A stretch of 63,053 bases of DNA, the filler included, from Octopus bimaculoides (lineage: Eukaryota): assembly GCF_001194135.2 (NCBI RefSeq). It is 3 parts of 3 records of this genome, joined end to end, with 100 filler letters (N's around TTAATTAATTAA, not from the genome) between each part and the next. Parts side by side here need not be neighbours in the genome. Positions count along the whole stretch, not along the records: positions 27,943 to 56,108 come from NC_068982.1; positions 56,209 to 63,053 come from NC_068995.1; 1 more part is not named here. One strand, 5' to 3'. Shown piece after piece: positions 50,297 to 63,053 of the stretch; the stretch's first letter is position 1; each line of letters starts with the position of its first letter. The translations under genes and the position numbers were made by a program. The notes beneath the pieces are model-generated. The model was given only the letters and a program-made list of their open reading frames with translations. It did no database searches and was not told where the DNA came from.

Positions 50297-52069
50297 TGAA
50301 TGTTTATGGTCGCATGAACGTATGTATGCTTGACGCACCAATGTACGCATATATGTGTGTGCGTGCGCGTGTGTGAGCATTATTTACTGAATTATTTCAT
50401 TACAACCTGCAGTAGGTTTCGATCTTCTGATATTTTCAAATGAATGTAAATTCAGAGTGTAGATTTAGAAAGGGAATATTTGGTGGCTGGGGTTTTTTAC
50501 AACAATTATTTAATTCATTCGAATTTCATCCCATATTGTCTCTCTATGGGAATTGTTGTTGGCACTCCGTCGCTTACGACGTCGAGGGTTCCTGTTGATC
50601 CGATCAACGGAACAGCCTGCTCGTGAAATTAACGTGCAAGTAGCTGAGCACTCCACAGACACGTGTACCCTTATCGTAGTTCTCGGAGATATTCAGCGTG
50701 ACACAGTGTGACAAGGCCGACCCTTTGAAACCCACTTTAGCCAAACATTAATTCACATTTTGAGTTCAAATCCTGCTACAGTCAACTTTACCTTTCATCC
50801 TTCCAGGATCGATAAAATAAAGTATCAGACAAGTATAAGGGCGACAATGTAATCAACTACCTCCTCCTTAATGACTGGCCTTGTGTGCCAAAATTTAAGA
50901 TACTCATTATTATTATGCATATAACTTGTTTGAAATTCCGCTGGGTTCGATATTTGCCTTTCATCTTTTCGGGGTCGATTAAACAAGTACCAGTTACGCA
51001 CCGGGGTATCTTGGTGGCATTTTGTCGGTCTTTACGTTCTGAGTTCAAATTCTGCCTGACTTTGCCTTTTATCCTTTCGAGATCGATAAAATGGGAACTA
51101 ATTGAGCACTGGGTCGATGTAATCGATTTACCCCCACCCCGCCCGAAATTGCTGGTCTTATGCCAAAACTTGAAAGCATTCGATAAAATGAATACCAGTT
51201 GAGCACTGCTGTCAATGTAATCGACACACCCAACACCCACCCACCCACCTGCACCACCACATACACACACTAAATTCAGGTTGTGTGCCTATAGCAGAAA
51301 GAATTATTATTAGTATTTTTAAGGCGGTGAGCTGGCAAAATCGTTAGCACGCCGGGCGAAATGCTTAACGGCATTCCATCCGTCTTTACATTCTGAGTTC
51401 AAATCCCGCCGATGTTGTCTTTGTCTTTCATCCTTTCAGGGTCAATAAAATAAGTACCAGTTGCGTATTGGGTCCGATATAAATCGACTTCCCTTTCCCC
51501 TCATAAACTGCTGACCCTATGTCAAAATTTGAAGCCTTTATCATTCATATCTTAAGTACTTTACAATTCAACTGAGTTCGTATCTAACTCCTAACTTCAT
51601 TTCTCTCTCACCGCCTCATTAATTTTTAAAGAAATGATTTTATCTCTTTGTATTAATGACGTATGAATTACACGCTTTCATCATCGAAAATCTAGAAACT
51701 TAGTAAAAAAAACATGAGATTTAGCAATTATAGCCAGCATTGATTTTGTTGCGACGTTTCGTACCCGAGTACGCCTAATGTAAACAACAATGAGATCGAA
51801 GGCGAAAAATGGGTACTGGAGGTATATGGCATTTACACCTATAACCCATTTTTCACCTTCGATCTCATCGTAGTTTACATCTGGCGTACTCAGATACGAA
51901 TCGTCTGGCTATAATTGCTATGATTTCTTTAGAACAAGTGATGTAATAGCATTGCTGACGCAGTAAAATACAGCATTGATTAGATTTAGCTTTTTAATTC
52001 TTTTTATGAAAAATATACCAAACGCGTTTTTGCCCGAAAAACCTTATTCAAGTACTCCTTTGTTTTTCT

Positions 52070-52162
<93 letters not shown>

Positions 52163-54503
52163 TCCCTCTCTCTCCCTCTCCTTCTCTCTCTTCTAAATTA
52201 AACCTTTTATCACTCTACACTTTCACCCTTTCACCTTTACTTCTCTCAAATGAAAATTCTGCTGGCATTTCAATTTTACAGTCGAGAGAAACTCCTACAT
52301 ATTAGGATTTTACTTATTTTCTTCTTATTCTCATCTTCTCTTCTACCTATTTCTCCCTCTTTTTCTCTTTTATTTCTTCTCTAGGTTCTAGAAAGTGGAC
52401 CCATAGAGAAATTTTAAACTGCACCAAAGGAATTTTTCATTTCTAAACTCTATATTTAAGAACTAACACTGTAATTTTACAGTTGTTTGAAGATAACGGA
52501 ACTTCGAAACATATTGCAGATTTTGACCAAATTTATTACGTAACATTAATTCTCTGGAACTTAAAGTCTTGAAACCTTTATACGATAATGGCTCACTACT
52601 TCATTAACTATCTGTTACGCTGAATCTCCCCGAGAACTACGTTAAGGGTACACGTGTCTGTGGAGTGCTCAGCCACTTGCACGTTAATTTCACGAGCAGG
52701 CTGTTCCGTTGATTGGATTAACTGGAACACTCGACGTCGTAAGCGACGGGGTGCAACAACAACATATATATATACATATATATGCATATATATATATATA
52801 TATGTACGTGTGTGTGTGTGTGTGTGTGTGNNNNNNNNNNNNNNNNNNNNNNNNNNNNNNNNNNNNNNNNNNNNNNNNNNNNNNNNNNNNNNNNNNNNNN
52901 NNNNNNNNNNNNNNNNNNNNNNNNNNNNNNNNNNNNNNNNNNNNNNNNNNNNNNNNNNNNNNNNNNNNNNNNNNNNNNNNNNNNNNNNNNNNNNNNNNNN
53001 NNNNNNNNNNNNNNNNNNNNNNNNNNNNNNNNNNNNNNNNNNNNNNNNNNNNNNNNNNNNNNNNNNNNNNNNNNNNNNNNNNNNNNNNNNNNNNNNNNNN
53101 NNNNNNNNNNNNNNNNNNNNNNNNNNNNNNNNNNNNNNNNNNNNNNNNNNNNNNNNNNNNNNNNNNNNNNNNNNNNNNNNNNNNNNNNNNNNNNNNNNNN
53201 NNNNNNNNNNNNNNNNNNNNNNNNNNNNNNNNNNNNNNNNNNNNNNNNNNNNNNNNNNNNNNNNNNNNNNNNNNNNNNNNNNNNNNNNNNNNNNNNNNNN
53301 NNNNNNNNNNNNNNNNNNNNNNNNNNNNNNNNNNNNNNNNNNNNNNNNNNNNNNNNNNNNNNNNNNNNNNNNNNNNNNNNNNNNNNNNNNNNNNNNNNNN
53401 NNNNNNNNNNNNNNNNNNNNNNNNNNNNNNNNNNNNNNNNNNNNNNNNNNNNNNNNNNNNNNNNNNNNNNNNNNNNNNNNNNNNNNNNNNNNNNNNNNNN
53501 NNNNNNNNNNNNNNNNNNNNNNNNNNNNNNNNNNNNNNNNNNNNNNNNNNNNNNNNNNNNNNNNNNNNNNNNNNNNNNNNNNNNNNNNNNNNNNNNNNNN
53601 NNNNNNNNNNNNNNNNNNNNNNNNNNNNNNNNNNNNNNNNNNNNNNNNGCATTTCTGCGCATTATCAACCACGGCATATCCAGCCCTCCATTTAGCGGGT
53701 GTTGACAGCAAATGGATCGCCAAACAATCGGAACGCTTCCCTTGCACAAAAAGCGGAAGAGTATGCATTTTAATCTGATGGTAGGGTCAGGATAGATAGA
53801 TAGATAGATACATTTCTTTTATTAGCCACACAGGGCTCAACGAAGATGGGACAAATACAATGTAGAGCTTTTCTTTTTGGGAGGGGGAAGGAAAAAAAGG
53901 GGGGGTCGATCAAAAGGGATCGTAGGAAGGAAAAGGGGGTAGTTCGATCAAAAGGGATCAAAAGGGATCAAAAAAAAAAAGAAGATAGATAGATAGATAG
54001 ATAAAAAGGATAAACACAACACGCAGCTTAAACCCATGTGTCCTCTACGCACGTTTCGACATTGTGTTTTCCGCAGCTGGTGTCGATAGTGCATTTAGAT
54101 GTTACTCCACAGCGGTTCTGCAGAGACACATTATTGCATTATGGTAACGCAGAACATTTCTAAGCATACATGTACGTATGAATGTTTGCCATGCTGAAAT
54201 ATTTCTGTGCTTACCATACATCAAATGTGTACGACTACATGAATATATACGTGTATGTGTGTGTACGTGAGTGCATGCGTGTACGTGTGTTGCGTATATC
54301 TGCAAACGAGAGTGTCTGTGTGTGCGCACATACTCGTTCTTTTTTGTGGGCATGCACGTTATACAGATAGATAAACAGACAGACAGACAGACAGACAGAC
54401 AGGCAGGCAGGCAGGCAGGCAGGTAGGCAGGCAGGTAGGTAGGTAGGTAGGTAGGTAGGTAGGTAGGTAAGTAGGTAGGTAGGTAGGTAGGCAGGCAGGT
54501 AGG

Positions 54504-54557
<54 letters not shown>

Positions 54558-55096
54558 CCTATATCGATATTCAAATACCGGAAAACAAAAAAAAAAAGGT
54601 GAAAGACAAAAGAATACAAAATGAATGAGTGAATGAATGAATAAAAGAAAAAAGAAGAAGGAAGGGAAGAAAGAAAGTAAAGTGAAGAAAGGTGAAAAGA
54701 ATCAGCATTGGAAATCTCAAAATTTGAACTTCCGTTTCAGACACCTACTGCTGTTCTAGCAGACTGCAACATCATAGGCGACGCTATAGATTTCGAACCC
54801 CTACCTAGCATCACCACCTCTACTACTCTACTTTCACTTTTTTTTTGTGTTCTCCATTCATTCTTCTCTATCATAACTGCTCTCTCACTCCATTACCTGC
54901 GCAGGAACACACATATACACGCGTCTCGAACACATGCACACACTTACCCACTTGTACATTATATATCATATCATATGTGTGTGTGTATGTGTGAAATAAA
55001 TATATGTGTGTGTGTGTGTGTGTGTGTATACATGTATATATATATATATACATATATATGTATGTATGCATATTTATATATGTATACATGTGTGTG

Positions 55097-55161
<65 letters not shown>

Positions 55162-56108
55162 GTGTGTGTGTGTGTATATATGTATGTATAAACATATAGA
55201 TATATAAATATGTATATATGAATATATTAATGTATGCATATATATGTATTTATATATGTGTATGTATGTATATATACTTAAACGTTCTATGTATCTTTTG
55301 TTTTTCCTTTTCTCCCCCAGCAGTCTCTCTTCCCCTCTCTTTTTCCTCCCCTCTCTTTTTCCTCCCCCTCCCTTTTTCTCCCCCCTCTCTCACTCCCTCA
55401 TCTCCTCCATCTCCCTTTGTATCTCCTATATACATATGACTGCTTCAGCAAAACATAAATGTTACGTGTCAGCAAGTTACATACTAACTCATGCTACAAA
55501 CTACTAAGACGAGTAAACTAGTAAAGTAGCGATTGCCACCCAACGAGCACAAATCTCTTAGTTTCTTTCTCTTTCTTATGTACACAGTATCTCCATATAT
55601 AACCTTTGACTCTCGTATTTGTTTCATTTATTTGGATTACAGCAGAGCAAGGCTGCCACTGTAAATAATTTCATCGCTCATATGGTATCTCTGCTCTAAA
55701 TCTGGAGATGAGCTCTTTTCTAAAACTGTTTTGCGCGAATAAATATATTTTCATTATATTTTCGTATTTGCGAGAAATCGTTTCTAACATTATCATGGCG
55801 CTTATTCAAGACGGAGAAATGGGAGAATCGTTTGCATGCTGGACGGAATGTTTAGCGGTATTTCGCCTGTCGCTAAGTTCTGAGTTCAAATTCTGCCGTT
55901 GTCGACTTTGCCTTTCATCATTTCGGGGTCGATGAATTAAGTACCAGTGAAATACTGGGGTCGAAGGAATCGACTTAATCCCCTACAACAAGCTACCCTT
56001 GTGGCAAAAATTAAAAATCATTATTATGGCACTTATTTACCTAAGTTTATTTTAATTTATTGTGTCTGTAAATTGTATATATATGTATATATATATATAT
56101 ATATATAT

Positions 56109-56208
56109 NNNNNNNNNNNNNNNNNNNNNNNNNNNNNNNNNNNNNNNNNNNNTTAATTAATTAANNNNNNNNNNNNNNNNNNNNNNNNNNNNNNNNNNNN
56201 NNNNNNNN
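56109..56208. other. Synthetic scaffold-join spacer (44 N + TTAATTAATTAA + 44 N)
   Basis: Identical to 27843-27942. Confidence 0.9.
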
Positions 56209-59082
56209 AAGGGCAATCACATGTTTAATATATATTTAGTTTGTGTTCCACGGTTACAAACTGCGTGCAACAAGCAACAGTCTTATCTAAAGTCCCGAAA
56301 TAAAGCTTCACAGTAAAGTGTTTATGCAAACAAAGCCGTGGTTGCGAGAGATTTTGTATTTCTGCGGAGTGAGTTCTTTCCTTTTCGTTTGCAACATTTG
56401 CAAAAAATATTTTCGAGGTCTCAAATAGATAAAACAATAAAATAAAATAAAGTTTGAATGAAACATATAAAATTTTCATAAAATACATATCTCCGTTAGA
56501 AAGCCAAATTCCTGGCAAACTCACCAAAAATGTTACTTCATTCTTTCAAAAAAAAAAAAAAGAAAAATTTCCATATGACTTTAAGCATCACTCACAAGTT
56601 TTGGGTTTCCATAGCAATAAAGACCTTTTATGTCTATGCGTTTTGGCATTCTCCCATGACTCTCTGCTTCGAGTGAATTGCATTATCTCCTGCCTCTTGC
56701 GTTAATAGGAATCTTAATACGTTCAGGGAAACATCAGCGGTTTTAACAGTAAGTCTGAACACGAATTATGTGCTCAGATAGGACATGATAACGAGGATAT
56801 GATGCTGTTTTTGATAAGATCTCAACTTGACAGTTTGTTAAGGAATTGTAATCAACGGGCGCATGCCCGTGTATTAACCGTGTTGAGAAAGCACCCGGTT
56901 GGTTGCCTGTATCAACATCCTGCCGTTTATTAACGTTTGTAGTTTACGGGTAGCAATGAAATGCAAATAAAGGTAGCATTGAGACTAAGCACTGACATTT
57001 GACGTTTGTCTGTCCTTGTTTGTCCCCTCTATGTTTAGCCCCTTGTGGGCAATAAAGAAATAAGAAACGTTAGCACGCCGGGGCGAAATGCTTAGCGGTT
57101 TGTCTTCACGTTTTTCTGCATTTTTGTCAAGTGCGGTAACGATTATTTTCTACTCTAGGCACAAGGACCAACATTTTCGGGGAGGGGGGGGGGCTAGTCG
57201 ATTAGATCGACCTCAGTACGCAACTGGTACTTAATTTATCGACCCCGAAAGGATGAAAGTCAAAGTCGCCCTCGGTGGCACATTTGACAGGCTGAACTAA
57301 TTCTAAGTGCAAATTCCAAGAATAAAGGAAACTAAAATGAATACAAAAGGTTTAATTCTTGGTTACGAATCTAGTTTGTGTCTCTCTTACATGTCAATGA
57401 TGAAGATAACGCAAATTGCTATCGTTGTTATTTAACCCAAGGTTAACCCCTGGCTGAGCCTTGACAACAACCTCCTTTTCTGTACATGGGATTACATTGT
57501 GCAAAATGTCCTTCGTATTTCTTTCAAATACGTTAGTGTTTTTTTTTCTTAATGATGATTTGGATATTATTTCTAGCAAGTCGAGTGGCCACGTAGAAAC
57601 TGCTTCGTTGGTGTGACAGCAAGTAAGTGTTACAGTATGAGACAGTTCTCTGATGTTTGCCGTGAAAACATTGTAGAATGAATTGGGCAGCGCTAAACAA
57701 GCTTCAACAGTTGATTTCCAATCCTTCGAATGCTATAGTTTGGAAAGGAACAGATTCCACCTGATTTACTTGCTCCCGATACTCAGCATAAAAGCAAATT
57801 CTTCAGTGGCATCACACCGACAACCCAATGTGTTTAAAGGACACGCCATCACTATAGAGTAGATTTATTCTCTTTTTGATCTCACTTATCTGGTTAATAC
57901 AATATTCCGGTGGCGTTTTATGGCATTATATAGAGAATCTGCAGTATATAAATGATAAAACAGTTGTTTAATGGCTATCGCCATAAAATATCATAGCCAA
58001 ATCAGTCTTAAAACGCATCATATTCTTCTGGTAATTAGAGGATAAATTGAAAAAGCAGACGACAACTAAAATTATCCTAAAGTGCATATGGGAAACATAA
58101 AACGGTCAGTAATAACTACATACATTTTAGTGCCGCAGTACTTAACGTTTAATTTAAAACTACAGCAAATCATGTTTTAAAAGTTCCAGTCAGACAAGCA
58201 TAGAACAAACTACTGAAATTATAGTATCATTAAACCAAACCTAATTTAGTCAAAGTCGCTTTTATATCAGTCTAGGTGTAGCAGTAAGCAGGAAAAACTG
58301 TATGCTTGGATTCAGACACAAAATTCTCATGAAATATTCTCATTTTGAATGCCTTTTGATGAAAAGGATAAGCAATAAAAGAAAAATATGCTGAGATAAA
58401 TTATAATTATTTTTGTATTATTTTAGTTGAGTCATGTTTGTTATTTTCCAATAAGTATACACAGGCACCGTTATTTATTTATTTATTTATTTATTCCCTT
58501 CTGTCATTACGTTTTAGTTACTACTGTCTTTAGAGACTTCCATCACACCTCTATGCCCTTTCCACTGAACTTCTAACCAAAAATATATGAGCTGTAAAGC
58601 TGAGATTATAATCATTAGCATTTCGAAGCAATGTGCTGACAGATTCGTTGAAGTGTCAGCTTATAATGCATTGAATTATCGTATTTACTCGTGTATAAGT
58701 CGCACTCCTGTACAAGTCGCATCCCTAATTTTTTTTTTTTTTTTTTTTTTTTGTAACTTGATGCTAAGTTTATTTCGGTTGCATCCTCTGTTTTGTGGTT
58801 GTCCTTTCTATTTCTGGATCGTAATTGGGTTGTGTTTTCTTTCCTCATGTTGACTTTTGGGAAATGTTTCTAGAAACATCTATAATTATTTCCTTGTATA
58901 TATATGTTCTGCAGTGTCTAGCTTGGTGTTATGGTGTTAATGACTTCTAAACATTTTGATTTCTTTTGCAGTAAACTCTTCAGGAAGTAAAACTTTTAGG
59001 AATATTTGTGGTTTCGTCACACAGAAATTTTTGAAATTTGGGATTTGTTTACTTTTTTTCTGCTGGAAAGAAGGATTCATGG

Positions 59083-59112
59083 TTAGGGTTAGGGTTAGGG
59101 TTAGGGTTAGGG
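59083..59112 (+). repeat. Interstitial telomere-type repeat (TTAGGG)5
   Basis: Five perfect units. Confidence 0.9.
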
Positions 59113-59429
59113 TTTTGGTGGAATGTGTGTATCTTGAGTTCTGCCTCATGTTTAAAGTATTTAGTGATTAATTACGATACTATGTGACACGATTTTAGTC
59201 CTTATGCAGCCAACTGTTAGTTCCTATTTGCTTATTGCTAGAAAGTATGAAAAATGGCTAGTATTTCCTTCAATATTTGCTTTTGTTAAATTCATTCAGA
59301 CCCCTAAATATTCCTCTTAGCACATGGCTATGATGCTCTTCCACTACTCCTGCTCATGATCAGAGATGTACAAATATATAAGGAAGCAATGACTGAAGCA
59401 TCACTGATGTTGCGATTAGCCGCCCACCT

Positions 59430-60880
59430 AAATAAATATTCATCATATGCAACAGAAGTAGCATTAGATTAAATTAGCTATTTGTGCATCATACTTAATG
59501 CAGATACATTGTGAAAAGGCTAATAATGCATCTGTTGCATATAATGCATAATAATACTATTGCAGAGAGTTCAAGATGGCGTCTGTGCTAGCAAAATCAG
59601 TGAGGGAAGAATACGACAGCCAAAAAAAGATTTGTAAGCATTGAAGTCTCTGAGGTTAATGACACCAGAGAGGAATGATATGAGATAAAGTGTCCTCGGT
59701 GCAATAGCGAAATAGTTGTAGCCTTTCAGAACGTTCAAGATGGCAAAAATTTGGCGTCTGTGCCATTAGAATTAGTGAGGGAAGAATGTGACAGCCAAAA
59801 TAATTTGTGGAGGTCAATGACATGCGAGAGGAATGATATGAGATACTATATCATTGATGCAAAACTCGAGATAGTAGCACATATTTTAGTGTTTGGTTCA
59901 GTTCCGGGAGCGTTAGACACACCAGACAGATGAATTTAGAGAATTGAGGAAAACGGTTTTTGTGTCTGAATAACTGTAAAGCTTTTGTTAGAAGGATGTG
60001 TGAGATGCAGTGCCTCTCAGAGTAAAACTGTAAAACAAGACAACGGAAATAGGCGGGAGATAAAAGTTGAGAAGAGGATGAGTGATTTGCGAGTCGTTTA
60101 TAACTTAAAGACACTGCGCTTTGAAAAGCAAAACTATATTGAAAATCATGGCCTTATCTAATTTCTATTTACAATATTTAAAAGCATAGCTGTATCAGGA
60201 GCAAACGAAAACCGCTCAGAAGCGGCGGTGAGAATTTTAGATGCTGAATAAAAATCCGTTATATACAACAGAAGCAATATTAAATTAAAATAGTCACCTA
60301 TGTATCATATTTAACGCAGATACATCACGAAAAGGCTGATACTGCTTCTGTTGTTTATAGTGGATAACAATACTATTGCAGAGAGTTCAAGATGGTAAAA
60401 GGTTTGGCGTCTGCGCCAGCAGAATCAATGAGGGCGGAATACGACAACCAAAAAAGATTTGTGAGCATTGAAGTTACTGAGGTTAATAACATCAGCGAGG
60501 AATGATATGAAATGATATAACCTTGATGTAATACTCGAGATAGTTGAACAATTTTAAGTGTTTGGTGGAGTGTTGGGAACGGTGGAGGGAGCAGGCTGAT
60601 GAATTCAAAGAATTGAGGAAAATAGATTTTATGTCTGAATAACTGGGAAGTCTTTGTTCGAAGGGTGAGTGGAGGAGTACCACCTTTTCAGAGTAAAACT
60701 GTAGTATTGTGTTGCCAAGACAACAGAAATAGCCGAGAGATAAGAGTTTAGAACTTTGTATCTCAGAAAGGAACTAAGATGCGTGATTTGTAAGTTATAT
60801 ATTAAAGACCTTGCTCTTGGAAAAACCAAAAGCAAACAAAAAAAAACATTGAAAATAATTGCCTTATCTAATTCTCTTTT
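59430..60880 (+). repeat. Imperfect tandem duplication, period ~816 bp
   Basis: AATACTATTGCAGAGAGTTCAAGATGG at 59553 and 60369 with collinear diverged flanks; a third partial unit at about 59731. Confidence 0.8.
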
Positions 60881-61204
60881 ATTTCCTATTTATTTATTTT
60901 TAAAATTTTATCAAATAATTTCTCTATTGCCGACTCTGATCTGACTTCTTCCGATAGCACTCTTAACTCTCACTCCTCCTCTCTAGCACACGCACGCGCG
61001 CATGGAAAATTTTCTCAAGGGTTTTCTTATTTAATAAAAATATATAGTTACGAAGCGGTTACCATACTTACGGTGGTAAACCGAAAATAATTATTAATCA
61101 ATTAAAGTATAACCGTAATGAGAAAGAAAATCATTAACGTTAATGGCAATTCATCTCAAAAGAGTTAAGAGAAAGAAAGTTTTGAAGTTCTGCTTGAAAA
61201 AAAT

Positions 61205-61835
61205 ATGTATCTCCGTCAGATACAGTTTCACCATTGTTTTACAAACACCCACACACGTGAAACACTAAGATACATATATGTGCGTATGGGTGCGTGTACA
61301 TACATACTTACATACATACATACTTTTGTTATTTACACCACCTGTCCTCGTCTGTTGTTATTATTTGTATATTCTCCCACATATAATACACGCTCACGTG
61401 GTCGCACCAGCTAATCCTGTCTCCTCTCATCACACACTACCAACTTTTGGATTCTACCTTCTTTCCTTCTGGATCTGGACTGTTTGATTCTGAACTTTAT
61501 ACCCTCCGGCTGCACCTCTCCTACCCACGGATTACACTGGACCCATCTTCTGATTGGAAATCGCTTCAATATACCACGACGTCTAAAAAACTTTTGAACT
61601 TTTCCACTTTTGTAAACCTCCTTTATCATCCTTTTTTACCTTACTTTCCTTCACCTACCGTCTCTGTGTTTTTCTCCTTGTCTCCGTATTCTTTCTGTTG
61701 AAGAGCGTAGCTCGAAACGTCAAAGACTTTCCGTATTCCCGAGCGTCATACTAATATATACTTATGTTATTTACACCACCTGTCCTCGTCTGTTGTTATT
61801 ATTTGTATATTCTCCTACATACATATACACGTATA
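61205..61835 (+). mobile_element. Penelope-like retroelement 3' fragment with a direct terminal repeat
   Basis: Perfect 51-bp direct repeat (61327-61377 and 61765-61815) and the GAAGAGCGTAGCTCGAAACG end motif. An inverted related fragment lies at about 17020-17200. Confidence 0.6.
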
Positions 61836-63053
61836 TATACATACTTTTCTACTCTAGGCACAAGGCCCGAAATTTTTAGGGAGCGGAGTCAGTCGATTAG
61901 ATCGACCCCGGTGTTTCACTGGTACTTAATTTATCGACCCCGAAAGGATGAAAGGTAAAGTCGACCTCGGCGGAATTTGAACTCAGAACGTAAAGACGGA
62001 CGAAAGACCGCCGAGCATTTAATAAAAAGTTTTCGATGTAAATAAATCTTCACTCTTCTCTTTGCTTTCAATCACACACACACACACACACACACACATA
62101 CATGCATATAGTCACACACAAGACGAAGACCTCACTTCCGACATCCCGGCATCAGTAAATTGCCATTGATAAACAATTATAATAACTTGCATACATTTAG
62201 TCGCATCATTACCACTTGAACTTGTTCGTTCAAAGCATTTTTTTCGAGTCACCGTCGCCGCCGCCGCCGCCACCAACAACAACAACAACGACAACACGTA
62301 AAAAAGAAAAAAGAAGAACCATTGCCACCACCACCACTACCACCACCACCACCAGCAGCAGCGTCGCCACTCCGCAATCGGTAAGACTCTCACCATCACC
62401 ACGGCCGCTGCTGCCGTTTCGACACCACTTATCAAATAACATTTGAATCAGTCATGACATCATCACTGTTGTTCACATTTCCACACCCTGAAGTGAGGCT
62501 TCGGGTCACTGAGGTCACTGCTGGCAACAACAACAACAACAACAACAACAGCAAACTGTTACGAAAGATGTGCTACAGCAAATATTCTGCTCGATACCAC
62601 AGACTTGTCATTTGTTTGACCTTAATCAGTTGAGCGTGTCCCTTGATGGCTGACAATATGTGCATCTCTGATCACGAGCAATAATAATAATAATAATAAT
62701 AATAATAATCCTTTCTTATTTAGGTACAAGGCCAGCAAGCAATATAAATTGTGGGGGTGGGGGTCAGAGAAAGGGAAAACGTGTTTTGAGCAAAAACCCA
62801 CAGAGAGGGGTGAAGTCGGAGGCTTGCAAAATCCTGTGTGATTTTCTGTTCAAACAGACCAGTTACTTGAGTACAAGCCGGACCTAGTGGTGATGGATGG
62901 ACAAAGTGAACCACATGTGTGATATAACTGAGGTTGCGTGTCCCTTTGACCCACGAATAGTTATGGCGAAGGAAGGCGAAGAATAGACAAATACAATCCT
63001 CTCAAATACGAGATAGTTCGACTGTGGAATTTAGTTCACAGACCCCCCCCCCC

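Noticed and set aside
57600-57870. Possible CR1/Jockey RT remnant (FHGK-like word) on the minus strand; similar hints at 41100-41500
   Set aside because: Too decayed to assign from motif recall alone.
62112-62490. Minus-strand exon-like segment near the window end
   Set aside because: All frames close quickly or are made of (GTG)n/(GTT)n repeats; no homology recognised.

Overview
AT-rich, microsatellite- and SINE-dense animal DNA with many N gaps; the repeat families look like octopus or another coleoid cephalopod (inference). One protein-coding gene is supportable: the 5' half of ARFGEF3/BIG3 on the + strand. I reconstructed 19 coding exons by hand (4797-27540, about 1,025 codons) with GT-AG ends and consistent phases; the end of exon 8 falls in a gap. 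The gene stops just before a synthetic 100-bp join (44 N + TTAATTAATTAA + 44 N, 27843-27942). I saw no further ARFGEF3 exons in the remaining 35 kb, which has a second identical join at 56109-56208. The rest is tRNA-derived SINEs, RTE LINE 3' ends, Tc1/mariner and hAT relics, Helentron-like (HINE) elements, Penelope-like fragments and simple repeats. The best finding is a full-length U6 snRNA copy fused at its oligo-U 3' end to a 5'-truncated RTE-type element (a U6-retroelement chimera) in ARFGEF3 intron 1. Also notable are a near full-length Tc1 element with DD36E spacing, a long fold-back hairpin and a degenerate Sec7 catalytic motif. Almost all long ORFs in the supplied track are microsatellite or N-gap artefacts. 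All family assignments rest on recalled motifs, not database searches.
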